Shown here one piece after another: positions 42,256 through 50,635 of a DNA stretch of 64,000 bases. This DNA is from a virus (taxonomy: Duplodnaviria; Caudoviricetes). The translations under genes were made by a program, and so were the position numbers. Every line of letters starts with the position of its first letter. Position 1 is the first letter of the stretch. The notes beneath the pieces are model-generated. The model was given only the letters and a program-made list of their open reading frames with translations, ran no database searches and was not told the origin of the DNA. Where the stretch lies: positions 1 through 64,000 of the IMG/VR virus record IMGVR_UViG_3300031993_000037; one strand, written 5' to 3'.

Positions 42256-42334
42256 ATCAATTCAAGTATCAATTCAAGTCAATTCAAGTACCTTCCAAAC
42301 TGATATTGTTTTACAGTATCATTTGGGAGGTACT
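42256..42334 (+). promoter_or_regulatory. Three direct repeats CAATTCAAGT plus SD-sequestering hairpin
   Basis: Repeats at 42258, 42270 and 42280; stem AGTACCTTCCAAA...TTTGGGAGGTACT contains GGAGG. Confidence 0.65.
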
Positions 42335-42338
42335 TTAA

Positions 42339-42569
42339 ATGAGTGCTACAGTATTAAAAATTAATTCTTATTTCAAAACTGCTACTAGGGCAGATATTAA
42401 TGAGCTGCTTTCTAAGATGCTCCTTTCAGATCGTCAGACAAGAATCTTTGAAATGTTTTATTTGAAAAGACAGAATATTGGTTTTATTGCAGATGAACTT
42501 TGTATAAGCCAGACTGTAATAAACCGAGAGTTGTTTATAATCAGAGACAAGATTTTGAGATTTATTTAG
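42339..42569 (+). CDS. Sigma-region-4-like HTH protein
   Basis: LSDRQ.RIF.M.Y......IADEL.IS..VINREL. Confidence 0.75.
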   Translation: MSATVLKINSYFKTATRADINELLSKMLLSDRQTRIFEMFYLKRQNIGFIADELCISQTVINRELFIIRDKILRFI

Positions 42570-42630
42570 TAAGATTTAGACAACATAACTTTTCTCAATG
42601 ATGTTACTCTTTAACCATAAGGAGTTAGTT

Positions 42631-43174
42631 ATGTATCCATATCCGACTTATAATCAACCACCACAGCAGCAGTGGTTACCATTTCCACCACAGCCTCAGT
42701 TTCCTCAAATAAGCACACACTTTGTTTCATCAATTGAAGAAGCAAAGGCCGCTATGACAGACCCTCTTACAATTCATATTTTTATGGATTCAGCAAACGG
42801 TAAAATTTACATTAAAAAAATGGGAGACAAAGGTTTGAGTGAGTTCTTCGTTTATTCTCAGGAAGAAACTCCAAAAGACCCAATGACAGAATTTAATTCA
42901 AGATTAACGAAACTTGAACATCTCATAGGAGGCTCAAATGATAAATCCATTTCAAGCAATGCAGGCACTCAGCAACCCCAACCAGTTTTTGACCCAACAG
43001 TTGCAGAATAAGATGAACGTTATGATGAAGCAGAATCCACAGGCTTACCAGAAATGGCAGGAAATAACCGGCGGTAAGAATGAAGGAGACCTTCGTCAAA
43101 CAGCAATAAACATGGCAAAAGAACAGGGTGTAGACCTTAAGCAGCTTGCAAATAATTTCGGCATTAAACTTTAG
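42631..43174 (+). CDS. Two Gln/Pro/Met-rich hypothetical proteins (42631-43011, 42938-43174)
   Basis: SD AAGGAG before MYPYP; VSSIEEAKA...IYIK motif; second ORF begins MINPFQAMQ. Confidence 0.7.
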
Positions 43175-43277
43175 TTCATTAATATATTAACTGGGTTAAT
43201 ATTACGGTATAAAAATTAATGAGAATTAATCGGTAAGTTTTACCGTTTTTTAATACTTAATATAAAAGGAGAATGCT

Positions 43278-43937
43278 ATGACAGTAAGTGATTCAGGTAC
43301 ACCTATGGTTATGGGTGGAGACTGCTTTGGTGGCGGTAGCTTTATCTGGGCCTTCTTGATTTTCGCTCTGCTTATGGGTAATGGTGGTTTTGGTTTCGGT
43401 GGAAACAACGGAAACACAAATGCTATCCAGGCTGATGTAAACAGAGGATTTGACAATCAGAATTTACAGGCACAGACTCGTGACATTCTGACAGCCGTTA
43501 ATAACGGAACAGCTCAGAGTGTAGCAAGTACAAACCAGGTTTATCACGACATTGTAAACAATCTCGGCGATAAATATTCTGAACTTGCTCGTGACGTTGC
43601 AGGAGTTAACTCTTCTGTACAGATGGCTATTGCAAACCAGAATGAATGTTGCTGCTCAACAAAGTTGCAGATGTCAGAAGGTTTCGGACAGGTTCGTTTT
43701 GACAATGCAATGAACACAGCAGCAATCAATGCTACTACTACTGCTCAGACTCAGAAGATTCTCGATGCTCTTGCACAGAACAAAATCGAGGCTCTCCAGG
43801 GTAAGGTAAACCAGCTCGAATTACAGAATGCGATGGCTGGCGTGGTAAGATATCCACTTCAGACAACTTACGGAGCAGGCCCAAGCCCTTTCTGTAACTG
43901 CAGCGGTGCATACAATGGTTATCCATTGTACAGCTAA
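43278..43937 (+). CDS. Gly-rich TM plus coiled-coil protein with CCC motif
   Basis: WAFLIFALL-GNGGFGFGG, ECCC, TQKILD...KIEALQ. Confidence 0.8.
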   Translation: MTVSDSGTPMVMGGDCFGGGSFIWAFLIFALLMGNGGFGFGGNNGNTNAIQADVNRGFDNQNLQAQTRDILTAVNNGTAQSVASTNQVYHDIVNNLGDKYSELARDVAGVNSSVQMAIANQNECCCSTKLQMSEGFGQVRFDNAMNTAAINATTTAQTQKILDALAQNKIEALQGKVNQLELQNAMAGVVRYPLQTTYGAGPSPFCNCSGAYNGYPLYS

Positions 43938-44056
43938 TTAGTGGAAATTTCCTCTAATTACCTTTATTTTCCCTTTTTAGGTTGACAATTCCATTCGTAT
44001 GAATGTTGACATACAGGGGAGTGTAACAGCTCCCCATTTTTATTAGAGGTGACAAT

Positions 44057-44389
44057 ATGTGTTGTGACCCAAATATTGCTCAGATAAGAGCAACCTCTGT
44101 TGCAGTTGCCGCAGGAGTAGCGACAATTACCGTACCAACAACAGCAGAATTTAATGCAGGTGATATCGTTGATATTCAGTTGTTTACATCAATTCCAGAC
44201 GGAACTGATGGTGCTCAACTTGTAATAACAAATGGAACAACATCTGCTTCTGTAATGAATGGCAATGGTAATTATCTCAGATTCTACCCACTGACAAGTC
44301 GTACTGTACTGCGAGTACAATTCTTGCAGGACCCTACACACTTTCAGATTATCAATGTCTTCGGAAGGAAGATAAAGAGGTATGCATGA
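44057..44389 (+). CDS. Small beta-rich hypothetical protein
   Basis: 110 aa; SD GAGG. Confidence 0.7.
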   Translation: MCCDPNIAQIRATSVAVAAGVATITVPTTAEFNAGDIVDIQLFTSIPDGTDGAQLVITNGTTSASVMNGNGNYLRFYPLTSRTVLRVQFLQDPTHFQIINVFGRKIKRYA

Positions 44390-44772
44390 AAGATGCTGTA
44401 AAAGAATTGAGAAAAGATTTCAAAGAAATCTTATCCAACATAGACTTTAAGGAGTATGATCCATATTCCAAAAAGTTTATGACGGCAGGGTTTGTTGGTC
44501 AGATGTGGTTTCTTGTAAAGACTTTATGTGAAGATGATGATGTCGAGGAAGAAATTGATGGAGCAAGAACTTATTTCGAAAAGTATCTCGAGACTAATGA
44601 TGTTCAATATCGGGATATGGCAAGAGATGAGCTGCGACACGCCGGCATCCTTATTAAGAAACATTCAGAGTGGGCTGATGATGAAAAACAGGAACTCCTT
44701 GATAAACACGAGGAAGAACGACAGGAACTTATGAAAGCCATTGATAAAACAATGACAAAGGTAACAGAGTAG
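44386..44772 (+). CDS. Ferritin-like helical protein
   Basis: EEIDGA..Y...MARDELRHA (ExxH). Confidence 0.6.
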   Translation: MKDAVKELRKDFKEILSNIDFKEYDPYSKKFMTAGFVGQMWFLVKTLCEDDDVEEEIDGARTYFEKYLETNDVQYRDMARDELRHAGILIKKHSEWADDEKQELLDKHEEERQELMKAIDKTMTKVTE

Positions 44773-44780
44773 GAGGACAT

Positions 44781-45176
44781 ATGCAGGTAACTAAAAGACA
44801 TATCGTTGATGGTGTTGTTAAATTCATTGATGACACGTTGATACCTGAGACCTATGATGGACAGTTGAGATTTGTTCTTTCAATGATGAAAGATACAATT
44901 AAGAAAAGACCGGAGATAGTGGATACATTCCTGGAAAACCCAGTTATATCTTCTTCTATAATAGAAGAAGATGAAATGTACGAAATAGGTCACTTTGTAA
45001 ATACTATGAGAAATATTCTCGAAGAGTGTGAGTGCTATCCGATTACAGTTCCAGAAGTACCACTGTTTTCTCCGCAGAAAAAGACGGTCAAAATCACAGC
45101 TTCTGATTTCGAAACACTTGTGAATGACATTCGTGGTGAAGAACCGGTTTCTGAATCTGCAGCAGAAGAAGAGTAA
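44781..45176 (+). CDS. Hypothetical protein
   Basis: 131 aa; SD AGGAGG. Confidence 0.7.
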   Translation: MQVTKRHIVDGVVKFIDDTLIPETYDGQLRFVLSMMKDTIKKRPEIVDTFLENPVISSSIIEEDEMYEIGHFVNTMRNILEECECYPITVPEVPLFSPQKKTVKITASDFETLVNDIRGEEPVSESAAEEE

Positions 45177-46451
45177 TTATAATTTAATGTTACTCACAAC
45201 GTTACCAAAGAGCTTTTGCTGAGCATCTGTAATTTGTTTCATATCAGACTCGATGTGATGATTTTCATAGTGCTCAAGCATTTCAATCGTCTTATGACCT
45301 GTCTGCGATTGTAAAGCTCTTTGGTTTACGTTGTCACTCATATAAGCTGCGTAGAAGTGTCTCCAGGAATGAAAACAATACTGTTTCGCTTCTTCTTTTG
45401 AAAATCCGATTTTGCATAATTGTTCACGCAAGTCTAATGCAAGTTTCTTTACATCCATTGGCTGATCTGATTTAATTCCACCCCAGAACACAAAAGAATT
45501 CATATTATCACCTACTGGATTGATAGATAAAAGCCATAGCATTTTTTGAGTAATAAGAGGGAAGGGAAAGTAAACTGTTCGTGTTTCTCCATTCTTCGGA
45601 GTCTTCAAACCTTCAAGCCTGTTATAAGAATGTTTTACATAGATGCATCCATCACCGAGGTCCTGTTTTCTTAATGCCAGTATTTCACCAGCTCTCATAC
45701 CAGTGAGCATTGCAACCAGGTTTGCTAACTGAGACCGTTCATCTTTCCATTTTGTACTGAATAATAACTCAGCAACTTCCATAGTAAGAATTTTACGTTC
45801 TTTTAGATTTGTTGAAAATGTAACTATGCCGGATGTAATATCACGTTCAAGTAACTCGTCATTAAATGCCCATCTTAAAGCAATTGAACCTGAGCGATAT
45901 ATTTTTAATTTTCTGCTATTACTTAAAGGTAGAGTATCTAAAAAAGAAACAAAATCTTTAAGTTCTCTTTTTGTAATATCTCCTAAACATTTATCCTTAA
46001 AAAATGGCTGCCAATGAGCAATAATATTTCTTTGGCTTTCTCCTATATATCCGATGCCAATATGTTTATTCATTCTGACTTTTTCTTTTAAATAAGGAGA
46101 TTTTTCAAAATCCCAGAAATCTATAAGAAACTGAATAAGAGAAATAGCACTCTCAGTTTCTTTGATGGTATAACTTTTTAATATTCCCCGTCTCGAAAGA
46201 ATATCAAGCATTGATTTTATTTCATCATCATTAAGTTCTGCAGTTTTTAATTGTTCAATCGTAGAAGCCTTTTTGATTTCTGTTTCATTATACATCGCCC
46301 AGGCTTTTGCGATTGCTTTTGATTTTACAGTTTCTTTTGTTGATTTTGCAGAGAAGTATTTAATAGAAGATTTTGTATCAGGGTTCTTAAATCTAACCTG
46401 ATAGTAAGGTGATGACTTTCTTTTAGAAAGAATAAAAGGTGTTTCAGACAT
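45177..46451 (-). CDS. int: Tyrosine integrase
   Basis: TGMRAGE, KT.N, HSWRH, GHK and catalytic Y (EHY); adjacent to attP. Confidence 0.95.
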   Translation of the reverse strand: MSETPFILSKRKSSPYYQVRFKNPDTKSSIKYFSAKSTKETVKSKAIAKAWAMYNETEIKKASTIEQLKTAELNDDEIKSMLDILSRRGILKSYTIKETESAISLIQFLIDFWDFEKSPYLKEKVRMNKHIGIGYIGESQRNIIAHWQPFFKDKCLGDITKRELKDFVSFLDTLPLSNSRKLKIYRSGSIALRWAFNDELLERDITSGIVTFSTNLKERKILTMEVAELLFSTKWKDERSQLANLVAMLTGMRAGEILALRKQDLGDGCIYVKHSYNRLEGLKTPKNGETRTVYFPFPLITQKMLWLLSINPVGDNMNSFVFWGGIKSDQPMDVKKLALDLREQLCKIGFSKEEAKQYCFHSWRHFYAAYMSDNVNQRALQSQTGHKTIEMLEHYENHHIESDMKQITDAQQKLFGNVVSNIKL

Positions 46452-46469
46452 AAATTTACTCCAAAAGTT

Positions 46470-46772
46470 ATGTTACACTTTTGTGTGACACTTGAGATTT
46501 TCGGCTAAACTTATATCATTCCACTCCCACAGTGGATATTGTAAATCTATAGATTATATAGAATTACAATATTGCGACTGGCACGATTCGAACGTGCTAC
46601 CTACGGATTCGAAGTGTGACAATGATACAGTTAATAACCGTTATTACTGGCTACCTACGGTTATTTAAGCCTTTTTTAAACATATTAAGTCTGAATGTTA
46701 CACTTGTCAAGGTAATAGAGGATATGTAAGGGTAAGTGAGGATATTTAAAATGTTACACTTTGTGTGACACT
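46470..46772. mobile_element. attP: tRNA-Arg(UCG) 3'-half core at 46573-46615 flanked by arm-type repeats
   Basis: Minus strand reads ACTTCGAATCCGTAGGTAGCACGTTCGAATCGTGCCAGTCGCA (anticodon loop, T-arm, acceptor strand); ATGTTACACTTT(T)GTGTGACACT at 46470 and 46751, partial copy at 46695. Confidence 0.85.
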
Positions 46773-47010
46773 ATTTAAGGTGAAGGTTTTCTTTAATATT
46801 GATTGTTTCGATTTCTACAACGAAGCCTTTCTGTTCAAGAAGTCTTTTAACCTCATAAACTTTGTCTTGGCTTGGTGAAGAAAATACTTTAAGGGCATAA
46901 TGATCTCCTCGGGAGAACACATAACCTTTAAGTCCATAACGATTTAGTTTGGCAACATCATCTTTAGAGATAGCTGGACTTTCGTAATGTCCTACATAAA
47001 CGCAATACAT
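46771..47010 (-). CDS. SPOR-like small protein
   Basis: Y.V.VG.Y...A.L...G...V.SS......V...L...GF; probable start at MMYCV. Confidence 0.55.
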   Translation of the reverse strand: MYCVYVGHYESPAISKDDVAKLNRYGLKGYVFSRGDHYALKVFSSPSQDKVYEVKRLLEQKGFVVEIETINIKENLHLK

Positions 47011-47038
47011 CATAGCTGTGTTCTCCCGATAGAAATAA

Positions 47039-47365
47039 TTAAGCCTTTTTCTTCCAGAATGTAGCAACAAGTCCTGCAATCAAAGCTACCAGACCAGCAA
47101 CTGCTGTGGCAATCTGAATTGCAACATCTTTTGAAACACCTGCAATAGCAAGGAAGATTGCTGAAACAACGAAACAAATAACACAGATTGCTTCTTTCCA
47201 ACCTTTCTTCTCTGCTTTCTTCCACACACCGATAATGGTGAGAACGGTTCCAAGTACCTCTCCAAAGATACCGATGTAAGAAGCAAATGGAATCGATGTG
47301 AAGTTAGCGATAGCGGCTCCGGCTACCAAGGCAATTACGCCAAAAATTGTACAGAAATTTTTCAT
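47039..47365 (-). CDS. Four-TM membrane protein (holin/antiholin candidate)
   Basis: Four hydrophobic segments, basic C-terminus; within the lysis cassette. Confidence 0.55.
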   Translation of the reverse strand: MKNFCTIFGVIALVAGAAIANFTSIPFASYIGIFGEVLGTVLTIIGVWKKAEKKGWKEAICVICFVVSAIFLAIAGVSKDVAIQIATAVAGLVALIAGLVATFWKKKA

Positions 47366-47379
47366 AAGAATTTCCTCCG

Positions 47380-47643
47380 TTATTTTATTTCGACAATACT
47401 GTCGTTATAACCTTTTAATATTCCTTTTACATCTTCAGCCCATTGTTCCCAGAGCTGGACCAGATGTTCATACTGATTTATTCTTTCAGCCATATCAGCA
47501 ACAGAATGTACTTCTGGCATTTCTACTCGTTCTGGTTCAGGCGGAAGAACAATTTCGGCTTTAGGCTTACTTACGCACCCTGGCATTGTTAGCAGCAATA
47601 ACAGTGTTAACAACATCAAAAATCTCTTCGTCCGTTTTCGCAT
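47380..47643 (-). CDS. Outer-membrane spanin (lipoprotein)
   Basis: Lipobox-like LLTMPG-C, Pro-rich linker; overlaps the i-spanin. Confidence 0.75.
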   Translation of the reverse strand: MRKRTKRFLMLLTLLLLLTMPGCVSKPKAEIVLPPEPERVEMPEVHSVADMAERINQYEHLVQLWEQWAEDVKGILKGYNDSIVEIK

Positions 47644-47860
47644 TTTTTATCTCCTCTGAAACTTTCTTTTCATCTTTCTCAATCTTCGCAATTTCTTTGG
47701 CATTTCGATAAAGATATGCAATGTTCGTCTTTGCTTGTTCAAGTTCGCCCTCAAGCCTTTTGTTCTCTTTTTTAAGAGAACTCATAGTTTTAAAAATGAT
47801 TACCAGAATGAGAATCAGTACTATAATTACGGCAGCTTCAATCAGTAGGACCTTCAGCAT
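47567..47860 (-). CDS. Inner-membrane spanin
   Basis: N-terminal TM followed by coiled coil. Confidence 0.75.
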   Translation of the reverse strand: MLKVLLIEAAVIIVLILILVIIFKTMSSLKKENKRLEGELEQAKTNIAYLYRNAKEIAKIEKDEKKVSEEIKNAKTDEEIFDVVNTVIAANNARVRK

Positions 47861-48119
47861 CTTCTACCTCCGACTTAAGTAACTTTTCTGCAAAAGCAAG
47901 TCCAACTTTCTGACCAACATTTACACCAAGATACATCATTGAAATAGCAAAAAACCAGGAAAGAGCTTTCTCGGCTAATGAAACAAGACTGTCAACAATT
48001 TGTTTTGTAGCAATCATAACTACAGCACACCAAGCAATTACGAGAAGTGTAATGATGAGCCATGTCAACCAGACTACAAACTTACGGCTGTCTGTTTTTT
48101 TAGTTTCTTTTTCTTCCAT
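47838..48119 (-). CDS. Holin candidate
   Basis: SRKF followed by two TM segments; Y.G.NVGQK. Confidence 0.65.
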   Translation of the reverse strand: MEEKETKKTDSRKFVVWLTWLIITLLVIAWCAVVMIATKQIVDSLVSLAEKALSWFFAISMMYLGVNVGQKVGLAFAEKLLKSEVEDAEGPTD

Positions 48120-48130
48120 ATATACTCCAT

Positions 48131-48643
48131 TTATTTCCCACTGCTATCACCGTAAAGAACCTTTACATTTACAAGGCGTTCAATTAATTCTTTTACCCAA
48201 TTTTCAACACGCACCTTAAACTCTGGTGTTTTGAAGTCATCGTTAATTGGCTGAGCATAAATAAGATTTAATATAGTATCCTGTTTATCCTGAATGTAGA
48301 GTTGATTCATTGTGATGTGATTAAACATTATCCACTCAATAACTTTGTCGTAGACTCTTTCGAGAATATACTTTGCAAAATATTCGTTGTATTGTGTTTC
48401 TGTGGAAACAAGTTTTCCTTCTATACTCATAATGAAATCATGTGCGACTTCAATTTGTCTTCTAATCAATTCACGATCAGATATCTTGTTTCCGATGTGT
48501 ACATGTTTTGTATTGATGTGTAACAATCCGGCTTTACCAAGCTTTATAGCAAGGTAAATAATAATCAAAACAAGGATACCGATTGTAATCAGCAGCTTTG
48601 GACCATTTTCAGAAGTAAGTGTTTTTGACAGACTTTCCCACAT
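48131..48643 (-). CDS. Single-TM lysis-cassette protein
   Basis: N-terminal TM with a soluble helical domain. Confidence 0.6.
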   Translation of the reverse strand: MWESLSKTLTSENGPKLLITIGILVLIIIYLAIKLGKAGLLHINTKHVHIGNKISDRELIRRQIEVAHDFIMSIEGKLVSTETQYNEYFAKYILERVYDKVIEWIMFNHITMNQLYIQDKQDTILNLIYAQPINDDFKTPEFKVRVENWVKELIERLVNVKVLYGDSSGK

Positions 48644-48652
48644 AATGTACTC

Positions 48653-49063
48653 CTATACAACTTTGAATACACGACATGATATAATCTTTCCATTTGCAAC
48701 CGTATTAGATTTTTGGAGAGAGTGAAAATCATCACTGTCAAAATGAATGAAAGAACCGTTCTGCCATTCATTAATTATGTATTCATTTTTTTTCGCTTTG
48801 TAAGAAGGAGACTCTTTGGTGTACAGCCAGCGTTTACCAGTGAAGAGTTCAAGAATATCTGCATGTTTATTGATCAGGAAGTTTTTTTTATCTGTGAGGT
48901 CATTCCAGTTTAAGTAAATAAAACCTTTAAGAGAACATAACCAGGCTGCAGTTTCGATGTCGATTTTGTGACCGGAATGTCTCTCAGCAATATTTAAAAG
49001 CTGTAAAAAGAAACAGGCTTCATTTCCGAGACAAAGATAAACTGACTGAATTCCGTTCTGCAT
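48653..49063 (-). CDS. Putative papain-like (DUF261-like) peptidase, endolysin candidate
   Basis: Q...GNEACFF (Cys) and IHF (His); first gene of the lysis cassette. Confidence 0.45.
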   Translation of the reverse strand: MQNGIQSVYLCLGNEACFFLQLLNIAERHSGHKIDIETAAWLCSLKGFIYLNWNDLTDKKNFLINKHADILELFTGKRWLYTKESPSYKAKKNEYIINEWQNGSFIHFDSDDFHSLQKSNTVANGKIISCRVFKVV

Positions 49064-49080
49064 AACGACCTCTTAAGGTC

Positions 49081-49110
49081 ATTATGCGTTAGAAAAAAGA
49101 TGAGATTAAA
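49081..49110 (-). promoter_or_regulatory. Putative late promoter for lysis cassette
   Basis: TTTAATCT-N16-CATAAT. Confidence 0.65.
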
Positions 49111-49124
49111 AAGGGTGGGTTAAA

Positions 49125-49838
49125 TTAAACTGCCTCAGGACAATTTTCTCTCTGAGGGCAAGACTTCTTACAAGGCTTACCACATCTTCCAATTTTTATA
49201 CCTAATTCCGTAGTGTACATTGAAAGCAGCTCTGCAGTTGTTTCGCACAAATTACGTTCACGAGCAGATTTAATCTTTGCAGTGATAGTTTGTGGTGAAT
49301 ATAAATCAATTTCTTTTTGCATTTTTCCTTCAATAAGTTCGTTCAAAATCATGCGTTCATCATCTGTAAGTTTCAGTGTTGCTGCAGGTTTTACATTGAA
49401 CAACCATTCTTTATAGAAGTTGTACATAAGCCAATAGCAAATCTGGAATCCGGCAGATGTAGACGGCAATCTTTGCATATTGAAAGAGCATAACATATTC
49501 AACATAAATATAACTGTAGCCTGCGGTTTTATTTTTGGAAAAGCACTGTATGCAATTACCAGAAAAAATACGGACCCATAATTATAAAACGAGTTTACAT
49601 ATACAAGAGAGCAAGCGTATGTGAGAATAGCAAATGCAAAGCCTTTTCTCCCGAATAAAACAGATGTAAGTATAATCAAAGCACATCCGGCAACTCTCAG
49701 ATCGGCATGATAATGAATATTATATTGACCGGTAGTCATTATGTGTAAAGCAATAAGTACCAAATGCGTAAGTAAGATACGACCAAGGTATTTTTCTTTC
49801 TTTATGTTTTCTATTCGGCTTTTAATCCATTTGAACAT
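49125..49838 (-). CDS. Multi-TM protein with C-terminal LuxR-like HTH
   Basis: About 5 TM segments, then LTDDER.IL..L.EG..QKEI...S..TI. Confidence 0.7.
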   Translation of the reverse strand: MFKWIKSRIENIKKEKYLGRILLTHLVLIALHIMTTGQYNIHYHADLRVAGCALIILTSVLFGRKGFAFAILTYACSLVYVNSFYNYGSVFFLVIAYSAFPKIKPQATVIFMLNMLCSFNMQRLPSTSAGFQICYWLMYNFYKEWLFNVKPAATLKLTDDERMILNELIEGKMQKEIDLYSPQTITAKIKSARERNLCETTAELLSMYTTELGIKIGRCGKPCKKSCPQRENCPEAV

Positions 49839-49856
49839 TTACTTTCTCCTTTATTA

Positions 49857-50174
49857 CTATTTGGAAAACACAGTGTTTTTTGTAGTAGTTTGAACTAAGC
49901 TGAAAACATAATGAATGAAATATTTATAATAAATATTATCATCACTGCGTTTTCCCAGCTTTTCTTCAAGAACTTTATCCCAGAATGTATCTGGACTCAT
50001 TGGATTTGATAATGAATATATTTGATTTAAAAGACGCTTGTCTAATGTTGGCTGCTTCTTGCTTTCAGAAACCTTAAAAGCAATTTGTCCTTCTCCTTTA
50101 CAGTTTTTACACTCTCTACCTAAGAACTCTCCTGTACCATTGCAGAAGTCACAATTTACATAAACAATTCGCAT
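49857..50174 (-). CDS. DnaJ-type zinc-finger hypothetical protein
   Basis: CDFCNGTG and CKNCKGEG. Confidence 0.6.
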   Translation of the reverse strand: MRIVYVNCDFCNGTGEFLGRECKNCKGEGQIAFKVSESKKQPTLDKRLLNQIYSLSNPMSPDTFWDKVLEEKLGKRSDDNIYYKYFIHYVFSLVQTTTKNTVFSK

Positions 50175-50368
50175 TTATAACACCTCATTATTTATTTATC
50201 GGTTAAAGGAGTTATAAAATGAAGGGCATACAACCACCTTATCTTTTCCACGATTACAGCAAACTGTATCCAGGCAATCTTTGCAATTGTGAGTTGTATT
50301 ATTTATCAAACTTGCTGATATTGGATAACTATCTTTGATTTTATCAATAGATTTATCGTTTGTAAAAA

Positions 50369-50635
50369 TCATTTATTCCTCCTTGTTTCAGCATGATGTT
50401 TTGCATCATATCTTAGGTGACATGGTGCACAATACGCTTGTAAGTTTTCATCAGCACAGTTCATTGGATTATGATCTTTATGAGAAACTGTAAGAGTTCG
50501 TTTATGTGTATCAAACGGCTCTCCAGGTTTACGACATTGTTTTCCACAGTTTTCACATTTCCAACCAACACTTTCTTTTTTACGAAAAGCAATTTGTTTC
50601 CAGTCTGGCGGATAATCTTTCCAATTTACAGGCAT
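50369..50635 (-). CDS. HNH endonuclease
   Basis: CENC...LTVSHKDH.P.N...NL...C.PCH. Confidence 0.85.
   Translation of the reverse strand: MPVNWKDYPPDWKQIAFRKKESVGWKCENCGKQCRKPGEPFDTHKRTLTVSHKDHNPMNCADENLQAYCAPCHLRYDAKHHAETRRNK

Noticed and set aside
12605-44801. Numerous antisense and alternate-frame ORFs in the track overlapping structural genes
   Set aside because: Shadow ORFs without SD that fully overlap well-supported genes.
46573-46615. Functional tRNA-Arg gene
   Set aside because: Only the 3' half is present; interpreted as the attP core.
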